This document shows positions 14,501 through 26,807 of a stretch of 64,000 bases of DNA, piece by piece. The notes below the pieces were generated by a model. It ran no database searches. It saw only the letters and a program-made list of their open reading frames with translations, and was not told the DNA's origin. The translations under genes were made by a program, and so were the position numbers. Source of the stretch: Utricularia gibba (lineage: Eukaryota > Plantae > Magnoliophyta); contig NEEC01000007.1 of the NCBI GenBank assembly GCA_002189035.1, forward strand, positions 2,170,001-2,234,000. The letters are read 5' to 3'. How positions within the stretch are numbered: the stretch's first letter is position 1; each line of letters starts with the position of its first letter.

Positions 14501-17500
14501 AAGCTGTACTGGAACGCAGGAGGCTCATTGAAGTTGAGAAGTTGCAAAGACTTGCTGAAACCCAGAGAAGGAAGAAAGAGGCTCAGGTTAGAAGGGAAGA
14601 AGAACGAAAAGCGTCAAATGCAGCACGTGAGGCCAAAGCAATGGAACAGTTGCGCAAGAAGGAGATTAGAGCAAGAGCTTGGAAAGAGGAAGCTGAAGTT
14701 CTGGCTCAGAAATTAGCTGAAAGACTCAGAGAGAGTGAACAGAGGCGCAAATTTTATCTGGAACAAATACGTGAAAGAGCATCTATGGATTTTAGGGATC
14801 AAGCCTCACCTTTATTTCGGCGCATTTCAGTTCATTTCCAGAGCACAGGAAAATCTACTTCATGCTGTAATGGAGAGGAGACTCATTCAAATGATAATTC
14901 TGGTGCTGCAGGATCCTGTACTTCAGCTACAGATGCATTGAAACATTCATTGAAACGAAGAATAAAAAAAGTCAGACAGAGACTGATGTCAATGAAGTAT
15001 GAATTTCCTGAGCTCTCATTCGGTGTTGAAAGTTCTAGCCTTGGATATCGAACTTCAGTTGGGACGGCTAAGGCAAAGATTTGCAGATGGCTTCAGGATT
15101 TGCAAATTCTGCGTCAAGCCAGAAAAGAAGGTGTCACCAGTTTTGGTCTCATAACTGCTGAAATGATAAAGGTATTTTTTCCCTCTCTATGATGATCACG
15201 CTGCTTTGTCTGCCTAATCTTTATTGAACATTACTGGTTTTAAATTTCTGTATTTTCCTTTTCAGTTTTTAGATGGAAAAGATGCTGAGTTGCAGGCATC
15301 ACGCCAATCTGGTCTCATTGATTTCATCGCTTCCACTCTCCCTGCTACCCACTCATCGAAGCCTGAAGCTCGACAAGTCACTGTTTACCTTTTAAGGCTT
15401 TTGAGGGTTGTGCTGGGAACAGAGACGAACAAATGTTATTTTCTTGTACAAAATCTCTTGCCACCAATCATTCCAATGTTGGCATCAGCACTTGAGAATT
15501 ATATCAGGGTGGCAGCATTAATGAACACCAACTCTTCAACTAGCTCCCCCACAAGTAAAACCTTGATGGGAAGTTTTGAGACTATTTCTGAAATTGTGAA
15601 CGGTTTTCTGTGGAGTGTAGCAGCCATTATTGGCCTGGAAAGCTGTAATGAGTGCGAATTTCAAATGCAGGATGGGTTGGTGGAGCTTGTCATTGCTTAT
15701 CAAATTATTCACCGGTTACGAGATCTCTTTGCTCTCTATGATCGGCCACAGGCAGAAGTATCACCATTTCCATCAGTAATCCTTGAAGGTATTAGTTTAT
15801 TATCTGTTCTGACTTCAAAATTCAGAGGTTCTCTCTCAGTTGATTGGGATCAGTTTATGGGCGATGTGCCTAGGGAGCATCTAGACACAGTGAAAATTCG
15901 CCAGGTCCCAGAAGCAAAAGACACTCCCTGTCTGACCAGTGTAGACAGCCTAATCCCTCCTCCTATAACTGCCACCTTACCTACTGATTTTTCAGCGATA
16001 CCAATAGATGATCAGATGGATAATACTTTCAACACACTAACCACAGATATTCCTCCAACAATGACTAGTGACAAACCTCATGATACAGATCATGCTGTTT
16101 CTGAGAGTCAGACTGTAAACTCCACACATCATTCATTTGCGTGTCCAAGACAAGATAAACTCAAGTCTTCTGTTACACTTTCTCAGAAAAATGAAAATGG
16201 CAGTGTGAGCATCAGTGCAGAGCAATGCAATCCCACTTGGGGCAATTCAGAGAAAGATGCAAATTTTCTCCTTTCTACGATGGCTGAAACAGGTCTTGCT
16301 TGCCTTCCTTCCATGTTAACAGCCGTTCTGTTGCAAGCGAACAATCGATCAGCTGAACAAGTTAAGTACTCTAGCCCGTGTAGTTCAGGTCATATGAGTG
16401 AGTTGGTAATTATGTTTCCTAGACTTGACTACTCTGTTGTTTCTACTGGAAAATGGTTCGTGTAATTGAGAGTCGGATAAAAAAAGTGCTTGTAATAAGA
16501 ATTTCATTAGCAGAAAATACTTGTTTTTTGTAAAGTTATTTTTTAGTTATTCGAATGGTGCGTCATTTACACAAAATACTTGGCTTTGATTAAAATTTCC
16601 ATGGAAAACCTTTCAGTTGTTTACTTCCCCCTCAAGCTCTTATGCTGAGTTGTGTTTCCATTTTTTTACGAACCAATTTTTGTATCTATCAGCATTGGCT
16701 TGAGATTTAATACACATTATTGTTTCAGATTGCATACACACTTCCATCTAATTTTGAGGAAGTATCTGCTGGTGTTCTGAAGGTTTTGAACAATCTTGCC
16801 CGTCTGGACATAACCTTCATACAACATATGCTGGTGTGCAAATTTCTTGACTATACATGGAGTCATTCTTCTTTAGTTTTGGTTATTCAGTTTGTAAAAC
16901 TTGGAATTATCTTAAAAATTTAACCTTTCAGGCCCAGCCAGATCTAAAAATGGAGTTCTTTCACTTGTTGAGTTTCATTCTTTCCCATGCCACGGCCAAT
17001 TGGGGAGTGGTAACTGATAAGGTAATTCACACGTCTCTGTAATGCACTAACATGCTTAGGATGTATGGATTGTGATTGTCTTAGAATGTAGTGTCTATCT
17101 GCACAATTCTGTGGTTTCCTTACCTCAACAAATGAAGGCATCTTTGCTTCACTAAATATGTTTCACGAAACTCAGACAGAATATAGGTTGTGTCACTGAG
17201 GATGCACAAAGTCTATCTTAGTAATGGAGATAAAGCTACTTAAAGCTTGTGATATCTAGCAGCTATTAGTTTTGCTGTATGTCTTTCATTCACATTCTTT
17301 AGTTGCAGAGAAGTGTCACCACTCTGGTGTGTTCTGTTATGATACTCCCCTTTTCTGATAGTTACCGTGGATGTTATTGCCTTCCCATGCATTTTTTTTA
17401 TTTCCACTATCATGCCTCCCAATTAGCACTTACATTCAGAATCTCTTGTAAGTGATAGTTGTGATCGAAAAATCCCAAGTAGACTGCATCTTAGTCTTAA

Positions 17501-18254
17501 GCTATGTGTATTGCTCCTCTTGGACAAACCATTCTGATTATACTGGATTTGTAGATCGGACTGCTCCTGATGGAGTCACTATCGCTGCTCGGTTATTTTT
17601 CATTGTTCCACCCAGAGAACCAAGCTGTCCTTCGCTGGGGAAAGAGCCCAACCATCCTCCACAAGGTCCAATACAATCTCTCATGCATTCATATCATTCA
17701 CCCTCCTTTCTCCCGACTCAAGTCTGGTGAAACAGGTGTGCGATTTGCCTTTCGGATTCTTCACAAATCCAGAACTGATGCCCATACTGGCCAGCACCTT
17801 AGTCGCCGCGTCGTATGGCTGCGAACAGAACAAGGCTCTTATTCTTCAGGAGCTCAGCATGGATATGCTGCTCCAGTCTCTTAGATCCTGTAAAACCACT
17901 GTTTCAGCTAGCCATGGGATGCTGACCCAGAACGGCGGCACTGCTGCTGACAACTCCACCGAACTGAATCACACTCTGGTTGATAAAAGAGTTGCAGATT
18001 CACACACCAAGCCTACCAGGAACTCCTCCAGAGGGAGTCGTGGTGCTGCTGCTGCTGCCACTAGTAAGACCGGCACTAGAAGCATCAAACAACGAAGGAC
18101 CAGAGATGGGAAATCAGGGAAGCCCGGGACAGAAACAGTGACAGAGGCTGCCCCATCTGATCTTCAGGACTCCTTTTTTATGCTGCACTACAGATTTCCG
18201 GTCAGCTTCATTGACAAAGTGGAAGAGTTTTTTGCTGCGGAGTTCAGCGGGTAG
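11587..18254 (+). CDS. Plant SCAPER-like protein (S phase cyclin A-associated protein in the ER); two apparent 1-nt frameshifts
   Basis: SGWMQVKKKH start, ERFRERLWCFLFENLNRSIDELYLLCELECD, RRPHALSWEVRRMTSSPHRAE, a long coiled-coil (LHDKLMSPEKKKK) and C-terminal HPENQAVLRWGKSPTILHKVCDLPFGFF. Exons 11587-11643, 11778-13074, 13410-15171, 15266-16360, 16729-16833, 16932-17021, 17555-17665, 17736-18254. Frame breaks near 12583 and 13614. Confidence 0.85.
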
Positions 18255-18703
18255 ACGCCATGGATGATGACTTTGAACACTACTGCTATCAAGTGTAGTA
18301 TCAAAATGATGAGTCATATCCTCTGTTGATGGCTTGTGTGATTTTTTAAAAAATTCTAAAATTTAATGTCACCAAATTTCATTTTTTTGTCATTATTTAA
18401 TATCTATCTAAAGCCTTTCATAAATATGATACTATTTAATAAATATGAAATTTTGATATAATAATTAATATTTTCCACTTGATATCAAATATCATACACA
18501 TATTTAATGTATTATATTATAATTTTGTTATTACACATGGTCTGAAAACATAAATGCTTAGCAGGAAAATATCTTTATTTTTAATAATAAAAATACCAAA
18601 ATACCAACCCAGTAAAACAATTTCGTGTTGGAATAAATTCTCATTTTTTGTTATGGTAAATGGGAATAATTCATAATAAATAGGGAGACCGTTGACATGC
18701 GCT

Positions 18704-18743
18704 AGAAACTACTGGAACGTCGTCTCCGAACCTGGAAATTTCG
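18704..18743 (+). promoter_or_regulatory. Heat shock element cluster upstream of HSP101
   Basis: nGAAn units at 18705, 18715 and 18735 in 10-bp phase plus nGAAnnTTCn (GGAAATTTCG, 18734-18743). TATA-like CTATAT near 18772. A 5' UTR intron (about 18891-19242) follows. Confidence 0.7.
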
Positions 18744-19273
18744 ACACTCTACTGGTGTGTCTGCTCTCTTCCTATATGAGTCTCCTGGGCGGTTCCTGCG
18801 ACTTGTGTTTCACAAGAACAAGGCGTCATTCAGGAGAAATCCCAATCCCGAGTACTCGGCTCGACAACTTTTTTCAACGAAAGAGGAAAAGGTATGTGTG
18901 GGATTTGAAGCCAGTGCCAATTGCGGTTATTTCTTCTGTGATTTTCAGAATGTGGGCGTGTTTGGATTAGGGGATCGTTTTAGTTTAGGGTTTGCATTTT
19001 CGGGTTCTTACTGGATTCCTCGTTCTGATGAATAGTTGATCGTTTTCGTTGTATGATTGCAAGTCGTGATGTAAATATCTGTTATCATTAAACCTCTTGG
19101 TGTGATGAGAAATATGTGCTTTCGAGGTTGAGATTATTTCCTTCCTCATTCACATTGTCATTCATTGTTTCCGATCGTTGTATTGGATATGATTGCTAAC
19201 CTCTGGAGTGACTCTTTTTCTCCTCATTTGATGGTGTTTGTAGGTTTTGCTGGCAAAAGATTAACTAACAGAA

Positions 19274-22200
19274 ATGAATCCTGATAAATTCACATACAAG
19301 GCGAATGAAGCCCTTGCTGCGGCTCATGAGTTAGCGACGAATGCTGGCCATGCCCAGTTCACTCCTCTACATTTTGCTGCTGCATTAGTCTCTGACCCCA
19401 ATGGAATCTTCTATCAAGCAATTTCTGCTGTGGGCGGTGGAGATGAAGCTGCAAAAATAATGGAAAGGGTGATAAACCAAACAATGAAAAATCTCCCTCA
19501 GCAGACTCCGCCACCTGATGAAGTACCAGCAAGCACTTCGTTGATTAAAGTCATACGGAGAGCTCAGTCGTTACAAAAATCTCGTGGTGATAGTCATCTG
19601 GCTGTTGATCAGCTAATATTGGGTCTTCTTGAGGATTCCCAGATCCAAGACTTGCTTAAAGAGGCGGGGCTTGTGACTGCCAAGGTCAAATCCGAAGTTG
19701 AGAAATTGCGGGGAAAGGAAGGAAGAAAAGTGGAGAGTGCTACTGGGGATTCCAATTTCCAAGCTCTAAAGACATATGGGCGAGACCTTGTTGAGCAAGT
19801 TGGGAAGCTTGATCCAGTCATTGGTCGAGATGAAGAAATCCGGAGGGTTGTGAGGATACTTTCAAGAAGAACCAAGAACAACCCTGTACTTATTGGAGAG
19901 CCTGGTGTTGGTAAAACTGCAGTGGTTGAGGGTTTAGCTCAGAGGATCGTCAATGGAGATATTCCAAGTAACCTTGCTGATGTGAGGCTTATAGCATTAG
20001 ACATGGGAGCACTGATTGCTGGAGCCAAATACAGAGGAGAATTTGAGGAAAGATTAAAAGCAGTTCTGAAAGAAGTCGAAGATGCTGATGGAAAAGTGAT
20101 TCTTTTTATCGACGAGATTCATCTTGTTTTGGGCGCGGGACGAACGGAGGGGTCAATGGATGCAGCCAACCTCTTCAAGCCAATGCTTGCTCGAGGTCAA
20201 TTAAGGTGCATTGGTGCAACAACTCTTGAGGAGTACCGTAAATATGTTGAAAAGGATGCTGCATTTGAACGGCGTTTTCAGCAAGTGTACGTCAAGGAGC
20301 CCAGTGTGCCTGATACAATAAGCATCTTGAGGGGTTTAAAAGAGAAGTATGAAGGGCATCATGGTGTTCAAATTCAAGATCGCGCCATCGTTGTTGCTGC
20401 ACAACTCTCTTCCCGGTACATAACAGGTATGGTGTGTTAATTCCCTTCTAGTTTGGTATGGCTTTTTCTTTTTTCCTTTGAGGTGTTGAAGCTGAAGCTT
20501 GAGGTCATTATTCGTTGGCATAGGGAGGCATTTGCCGGATAAGGCAATCGACTTAGTCGATGAGGCATGTGCTAATGTAAGGGTGCAGCTGGATAGCCAG
20601 CCAGAGGAAATAGACAATCTCGAACGCAAGAGAATTCAGCTGGAAATTGAGCTTCATGCCCTTGAAAGGGAGAAAGACAAGGCGAGCAAAGCTCGTCTTG
20701 TCGAAGTGAAGAAGGAGCTTGACGATTTGCGAGATAAGCTGCAACCATTGAAGATGAAGTATGGAAAAGAGAAGGAGAGAATTGATGAGCTGAGAAGACT
20801 AAAGCGACGCAGAGACGAGCTCTTGAGCTTTTTGCAAGAAGCTGAAAGGAGATATGATCTTGCAAGAGCTGCGGATTTAAGATATGGAGCAATTCAAGAA
20901 GTGGAAACTGCTATAGCCAAGCTTGAAGCTGGGGCTGCTGAGGCTGAAATGCTCACTGAGACTGTTGGACCAGATCAGATCGCGGAGGTGGTGAGCCGGT
21001 GGACGGGCATTCCTGTCACACGGCTAGGCCAAAACGAGAAGGATAGATTAATAAGGCTTGCTGACAGGCTGCACGAGCGAGTTGTTGGGCAGGACCAGGC
21101 TGTAAAAGCCGTTGCAGAAGCCGTTCTGAGATCAAGGGCTGGCCTTGGGAGGCCTCAACAACCGACTGGTTCATTCCTCTTCCTTGGACCCACCGGTGTT
21201 GGCAAGACAGAGCTTGCAAAGGCTTTGGCGGAGCAGCTTTTTGATGATGACAGCTTGATGGTAAGAATTGATATGTCAGAATACATGGAGCAACACTCCG
21301 TCGCACGACTAATCGGTGCTCCACCCGGGTACGTGGCCATACTACTATTTTTATGCTTGATCTTCCCGCCTACAGTTATGTTCATGTTTAACCTGATGGC
21401 TGTTGTCATGAGCAGATATGTTGGACATGAGGAAGGTGGGCAGCTAACAGAGGCGGTTCGGAGGCGTCCATACGCTGTCATCCTCTTTGATGAAGTCGAG
21501 AAAGCGCATACCAGCGTTTTCAATACTCTCCTCCAGGTTTTGGATGATGGAAGGCTTACTGATGGACAAGGCAGGACTGTGAACTTCACCAACACTGTTA
21601 TCATAATGACTTCAAATCTCGGAGCTCAGCATCTCCTCAACGGGTTGATGGGGAAGTGCACCATGGCTGCTGCCCGTGAAATGGTGCTGCAAGAGGTACA
21701 TCCATATACCATACATAGATTATGGCCATGTTTCAACATAACCAAGCCAAAGTTGGACCACCCCTGCATCTGAATCTTACTGAGTGTTGCCGTCTTCTTA
21801 TCAGGTGAGAAAGCACTTCAAGCCTGAGCTGCTGAACCGCCTCGACGAGATCGTGGTGTTCGACCCTCTGTCCCATGATCAGCTGCGGAAGGTATGCCGC
21901 CTTCAGCTGAAGGACGTAGCAAGCCGTTTGGCTGAGAGGGGCATTGCACTTGGAGCCACCGAAGCAGCACTGGATGTCATCCTTGCCGAAAGCTACGATC
22001 CGGTAAGTAATTAACCCAAATACCCTTCACTGTTGGAAGTTGTTTGATATCCTGAACATACCTGGTGTGCTGCCGCCGCCATTGTAGGTATACGGTGCAC
22101 GCCCCATAAGGAGATGGCTGGAGAAGAGGGTGGTCACAGAGCTATCAAGAATGCTGATTGGTGAAGAAATCGACGAAAACTCTACAGTGTTCATCGATGC

Positions 22201-22378
22201 GTCCATGGACGGGAAGGATCTGCGGTACAACGTGGAGAGAAATGGCGGGTTCGTGAACGCAGCAACTGGGGAGAAGTCGGACATCTTGATCCAGGTTCCC
22301 AGTGACAACAGACCGCAAGCTGTGAAAAGGTTGAAAATACAAGACGAAGACGATGACGATGAAATGGACGACGAGTGA
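19274..22378 (+). CDS. HSP101: Cytosolic ClpB / heat shock protein 101, 5 coding exons
   Basis: MNPDKFT start, Walker A motifs GEPGVGKT and [50 protein letters not shown], acidic tail. Exons 19274-20426, 20524-21328, 21416-21696, 21805-22001, 22088-22378. Confidence 0.97.
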
Positions 22379-23031
22379 TCGCTGCATCAAACACTAACAA
22401 GAACCGAGCTGTGTAATCTCCGCCCTTCCCAGGGCAAATCGAAGGGCTATAAGCTATTTCTCGAGTTACACAATTAACAAACAATTCACGATGTATGATA
22501 TAACATAAAATAAATTTTATTTTTTAATTACTGACTCTGATTCAATATATTATTATAAAATAAATAATTCAGCACCAATTTTTGTTAAAATAATAATAAA
22601 AAAAAAAGAACTCAAGAGCCTCCGTGGCGGTGGGAGTCGGTGTAGGGGCTTCGTGGCCTGAGTCGGTGCATGCCATTCCTTGTTTACCTAGAAAGAAGCT
22701 GGGGCTTTATGGCGGCAACACGTCTTTTTGGAGATGGATTTGGATTAAAAAACCGTCAAGTTCCAGTGATGAATATTGAATTTCCTTTCCTAATGTGTAT
22801 GAAAGGTGGAATTTTGTCGTAACAATGATGCATTGGACGAGGAAATTGGATTAAGGAAGAGGAGGGGGGAGGGGACCCCGTGACGGACGGCGTGAAATGT
22901 TTGACTCGCGGTGAAATGGATGGAAGAACGTGGTGGGGAGCTGACGGCTGTATCCAGCCCACACCCTCTTTCAGAATGCTTCATGGAACTCCGCTCCTAC
23001 ATTAAAAACTCTGACATGCAACGCCCTTCTT

Positions 23032-23061
23032 TTCTTCTTCTTCTTCTTCTTCTTCTTCTTC
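23032..23061. repeat. (TTC)10 microsatellite in the XXT 5' leader
   Basis: Ten consecutive TTC units read directly. Confidence 0.9.
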
Positions 23062-23164
23062 GTTGATGTGGTTGTCTGCATTTGTTCGCTGTTGAACTAG
23101 GAGGGTTTATGATTGATTCTGCTTGTTTGCGTCGGAGTGGACGGACGGATTGACTAGGCGAATT

Positions 23165-24510
23165 ATGGGCTCCGAGGGGGGTTTTCAGCCCAGAAGAGGG
23201 TTTCCGGTGGTCTGCCGGGGATTCGGGGTCGCCCCGGCTCGATTCTTCCCCGCGGTCGCCAGATCCATAGGACCTTCAACAATATTAAGATTACGCTACT
23301 TTGTGGCTTCGTCACGATTCTTGTGCTCAGGGGAACAATTGGCCTCAATCTCATGTCTTCTGGCGCCGACGCGGAGAATCGGCATCTCATCGAGGAAACG
23401 AATCGGATTCTGGCGGAGATCCGGTCGGGGAAGGAACCCGATGACCTGCTCGAAGAGGAGCAGTTCTCTAGTTCCAACACTACATTCACGTTAGGTGCAA
23501 AAATTGTATCTTGGGATGAGGATACGAGTCTCTGGCTTGAGAAGAATCCTCAGTTTCCTCGCCTTGTTAATGGGAAACCTAGAATGTTGCTTGTTACCGG
23601 CTCGCCGCCGAACCCTTGTGATAATGCGATTGGGGATCATTATCTGTTGAAGTCGCTGAAGAATAAGATTGATTATTGCAGGATTCATGAGATTGAGATT
23701 GTTTATAACATGGCTCATTTGGACAGGGAAATGGCTGGTTATTGGGCAAAACTTCCATTGATTAGGAGACTGATGTTGTCTCATCCTGAAGTTGAGTGGA
23801 TATGGTGGATGGACAGTGATGCATTGTTCACTGATATGGTTTTCGAGATCCCCCTTTCGAAGTACAAGGATCATAATCTAGTCATCCATGGCTATCCTGA
23901 TTTGTTGTTTGAGCAGAAATCTTGGATCGCTTTGAACACAGGAAGCTTCCTTTTCAGGAACTGCCAATGGTCACTGGACTTGCTGGATGCTTGGGCTCCC
24001 ATGGGACCGAAGGGGACAGTTCGTGAGGAGGCCGGCAAGATCCTGACTGCCAATCTAAAGGGCCGGCCGGATTTTGAGGCTGATGATCAGTCTGCTTTGA
24101 TCTACCTGCTGATCACTGAGCAGGATAAATGGATGAACAAGGTGCTTGTCGAGAACTCATACTACCTCCATGGTTTTTGGGAGGGTTTAGTTGATCACTA
24201 TGAGGAGATGCTTGAGAAGTATCACCCGGGTCTAGGTGATGAGAGGTGGCCGTTCGTCACTCACTTTGTGGGATGCAAACCTTGTGGGAGCTATGGGGAT
24301 TATCCGGTGGAGAGATGCTTGAAGAGCATGGAGAGAGCTTTCAACTTCGCAGACAACCAAGTCCTTAACTTGTACGGGTTCCGGCATCGCGGTTTGCTTA
24401 GTCCCAACATCAAACGGATCCGAAACGACACCACCGCTCCTTTGGCAAATGCGGATCAGTTCGATATCCGGCATTCTCTGCTTGGTGCAACCACCAGTTC
24501 TAGAGGCTAG
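23165..24510 (+). CDS. XXT: Xyloglucan 6-xylosyltransferase, GT34 family, XXT3/4/5 type; intronless CDS with an apparent 1-nt frameshift near the start
   Basis: PRGRQIHRTFNNIKITLLCGFVTILVLRGTIG anchor, DHYLLKSLKNKIDYCR, EWIWWMDSDA, ADDQSAL, RWPFVTHFVGCKPC. ATG at 23165 is one base out of frame with the main ORF across a G6T4 run. Confidence 0.92.
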
Positions 24511-25618
24511 CCGATTCCCAGTAGGTAATCCCACTCTGAAAGCTTTTTTATCTTCCTCAGCATTCCATTGCTTAGAATCCATTATTGTGAGATTACCCTG
24601 CTTTTATACATCTGAACATTCACTGGATTCTCAAGCGTGTTCTTTGTTACATGGGGCATGATCTTATTCTCCAAATAACCCACCCCACAATGCCATAAAC
24701 AACAGAAACTCGTTCTGATTGAAGAATCTACAGCAGAGCTGCCTTAGCTCAGGTGATTGATTTCTCCTTTTTTTGCAGTATACCCACAAGCAGAAGCTTC
24801 TCCGATGAGCATGGAAACCTCAGTGTGCACCCTCCATCGACACAGGAGTATACAGGGATGCAAACAGGGTCACCGTTAAGATGATAGTCGGTGTGGTAGT
24901 TTCCGGGACAGGAAATGGAGTGAGATCTGAACTCCACTGCGGCAAAGACACTCTGTTCTTCCAACTTGCTAAGTGTACGGATGTCTCTAAGTCTCATATT
25001 TCTTATATGCAAGTGCAACATTTTGGTTGATATTTAATTGTTTATATAGCAATTAAATTCGTGGGATATTAGTTTAATAATACACTATTGAAACCATGCT
25101 TTATATACCATTATTTGATCAATAGCATTTGTTGGGTGATTTATTCAAATAAAAAAAGGACATAATTTTGCATGCATAGATGATAGAACCCCTCTAGACC
25201 ATCTAATAATCTAATAGGTAGGTTGTGTTTGGCGGAATAGTATAATTAATAATGTATTTGAATTATTTTTATTTAGATAAATATATATTATATAATTAAA
25301 ATAAAAGTTTGTTTGATACATAATTTTTGTATATATATTTAAAATAATATAAATATTTTATAAATTAAATTTGTTTAGTAAAATTCACTTAAAATTTGAG
25401 TTTTGAAATAACAAGTTTGATTTTTTTACAATACATTTGTAAAATGTTTTGATATTATTAGACTAGTTTATCAAACATATATTGGTATCAAGACAAGAAT
25501 ATTTAAATAGTTAAATCGAACTACTAAACATTCTAGTAATTAATATTTAGAATTAATATTTGAGTGAGAAATTACAAAATAAAATAAAAATTGAGAACAT
25601 ATGTGGGACCTCCGTAAC

Positions 25619-26801
25619 TGTCATAACCCCGGTAGAAATATGTTGCATTTCGATGGTGATACAGCATGTGAAGGAACTAAGGTGACGAACATAGAGTGGC
25701 TACGAGGAACCCCTCTGCCTGGCGGTCCGCGCGCAACGAATCGGTCTGATCCGAACACGACGTGTAACTCTTGTTGGAGGTGTACCGGACTATTGGGTGA
25801 TCCCCAAGGGTGCTCGTGGGAGAGACCTACTCGAGCTACGGGACTCTATGCGATCGAGCAAGCATGCGTGCCCAAGGGATGGTGAGTGACGCGCTGGATG
25901 CTGGGTGGAGAATGGTCGTGAGTCCAAGTGTTAGGTGAGACATGGCTGGTATGGATTGGCCCAATGGGGTGTTGAAGAAGGGCCCAAGAGCTTAAGAAGT
26001 GTAAGAGGGTCGACCTTTCATATACTAGGTCCGTAAGGTGAAGGGATGTAAGATGAAATGGCTCAGAAATCCAACACTCAGGAGGTAAGATATAAGGGCT
26101 TGGCATGGTGGCGGGTTGGGCATTCGAAATCAGAGAAGGAGCGTCACCATGCCGAGATATGGAAGGAGAAGGCCATGATTTGGCAGGAGGGGAAGGAGGC
26201 ATACGAAGGCAAGGGGAAGCATGAGTTGGAAAGTACGAATAAGGGTCGAAGGGCCGTAAGTTCATGAACCCTGAAGGGGCGGGGTCGGACTCTTCACCGA
26301 GGTATTTCCGACGGCAACCCAACGTGAGTTTGGGGGTAGATATCGCCGTGAGCTCCGAAGGGAGCGGGGTTGGGACGGATTACCGTGGCTGGTATCCCTC
26401 CCGACGGTAACATGATGTGTCATCATGGGATGCACGCCCTTGTGACCAATGGGTCTCTTATGATACATGTGTTTATGCTATTACGACGATATGTGTTGAT
26501 GACATGCTTATGATGATATGTGTCATGCTTATGCTGATATGTTAGGGATGGTAGTATGGTCTATCCTGTGCATATGTCGATCTCCTTACGAACTTATGTG
26601 TAATTAAAGGTTCTGATCGTGCGGAGACTGGTGGAGAGGCGGAAGAGCTGACGGAGTGAACCCGGAGGATAGAGGAGACTGGGGAATAGAAGCTGCTGTT
26701 TTGCTCATGTTTTACTTTATGTTCTGATGTTATTTGTGTATTATGTTGAACCTTATTTGTGGTATTTATGAATAAGATATTCCCAGTTCTTGGGTGTTAC
26801 A
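25619..26801 (+). mobile_element. Solo LTR of a Ty3/gypsy-type retrotransposon (1183 bp)
   Basis: Begins TGTCATAACCCC and ends GGGTGTTACA (TG...CA, imperfect inverted termini). Flanked by an exact CGTAAC duplication (25613-25618 and 26802-26807). GC-rich body with degenerate ATGCTTATG/GATATGTG repeats at about 26460-26530. No gag/pol, PBS or PPT seen. Confidence 0.8.
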
Positions 26802-26807
26802 CGTAAC

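Noticed and set aside
24870-24930. Possible C/D snoRNA (ATGATA...CTGA)
   Set aside because: Imperfect C box, only about 50 nt span, no convincing terminal stem or recognisable rRNA guide.
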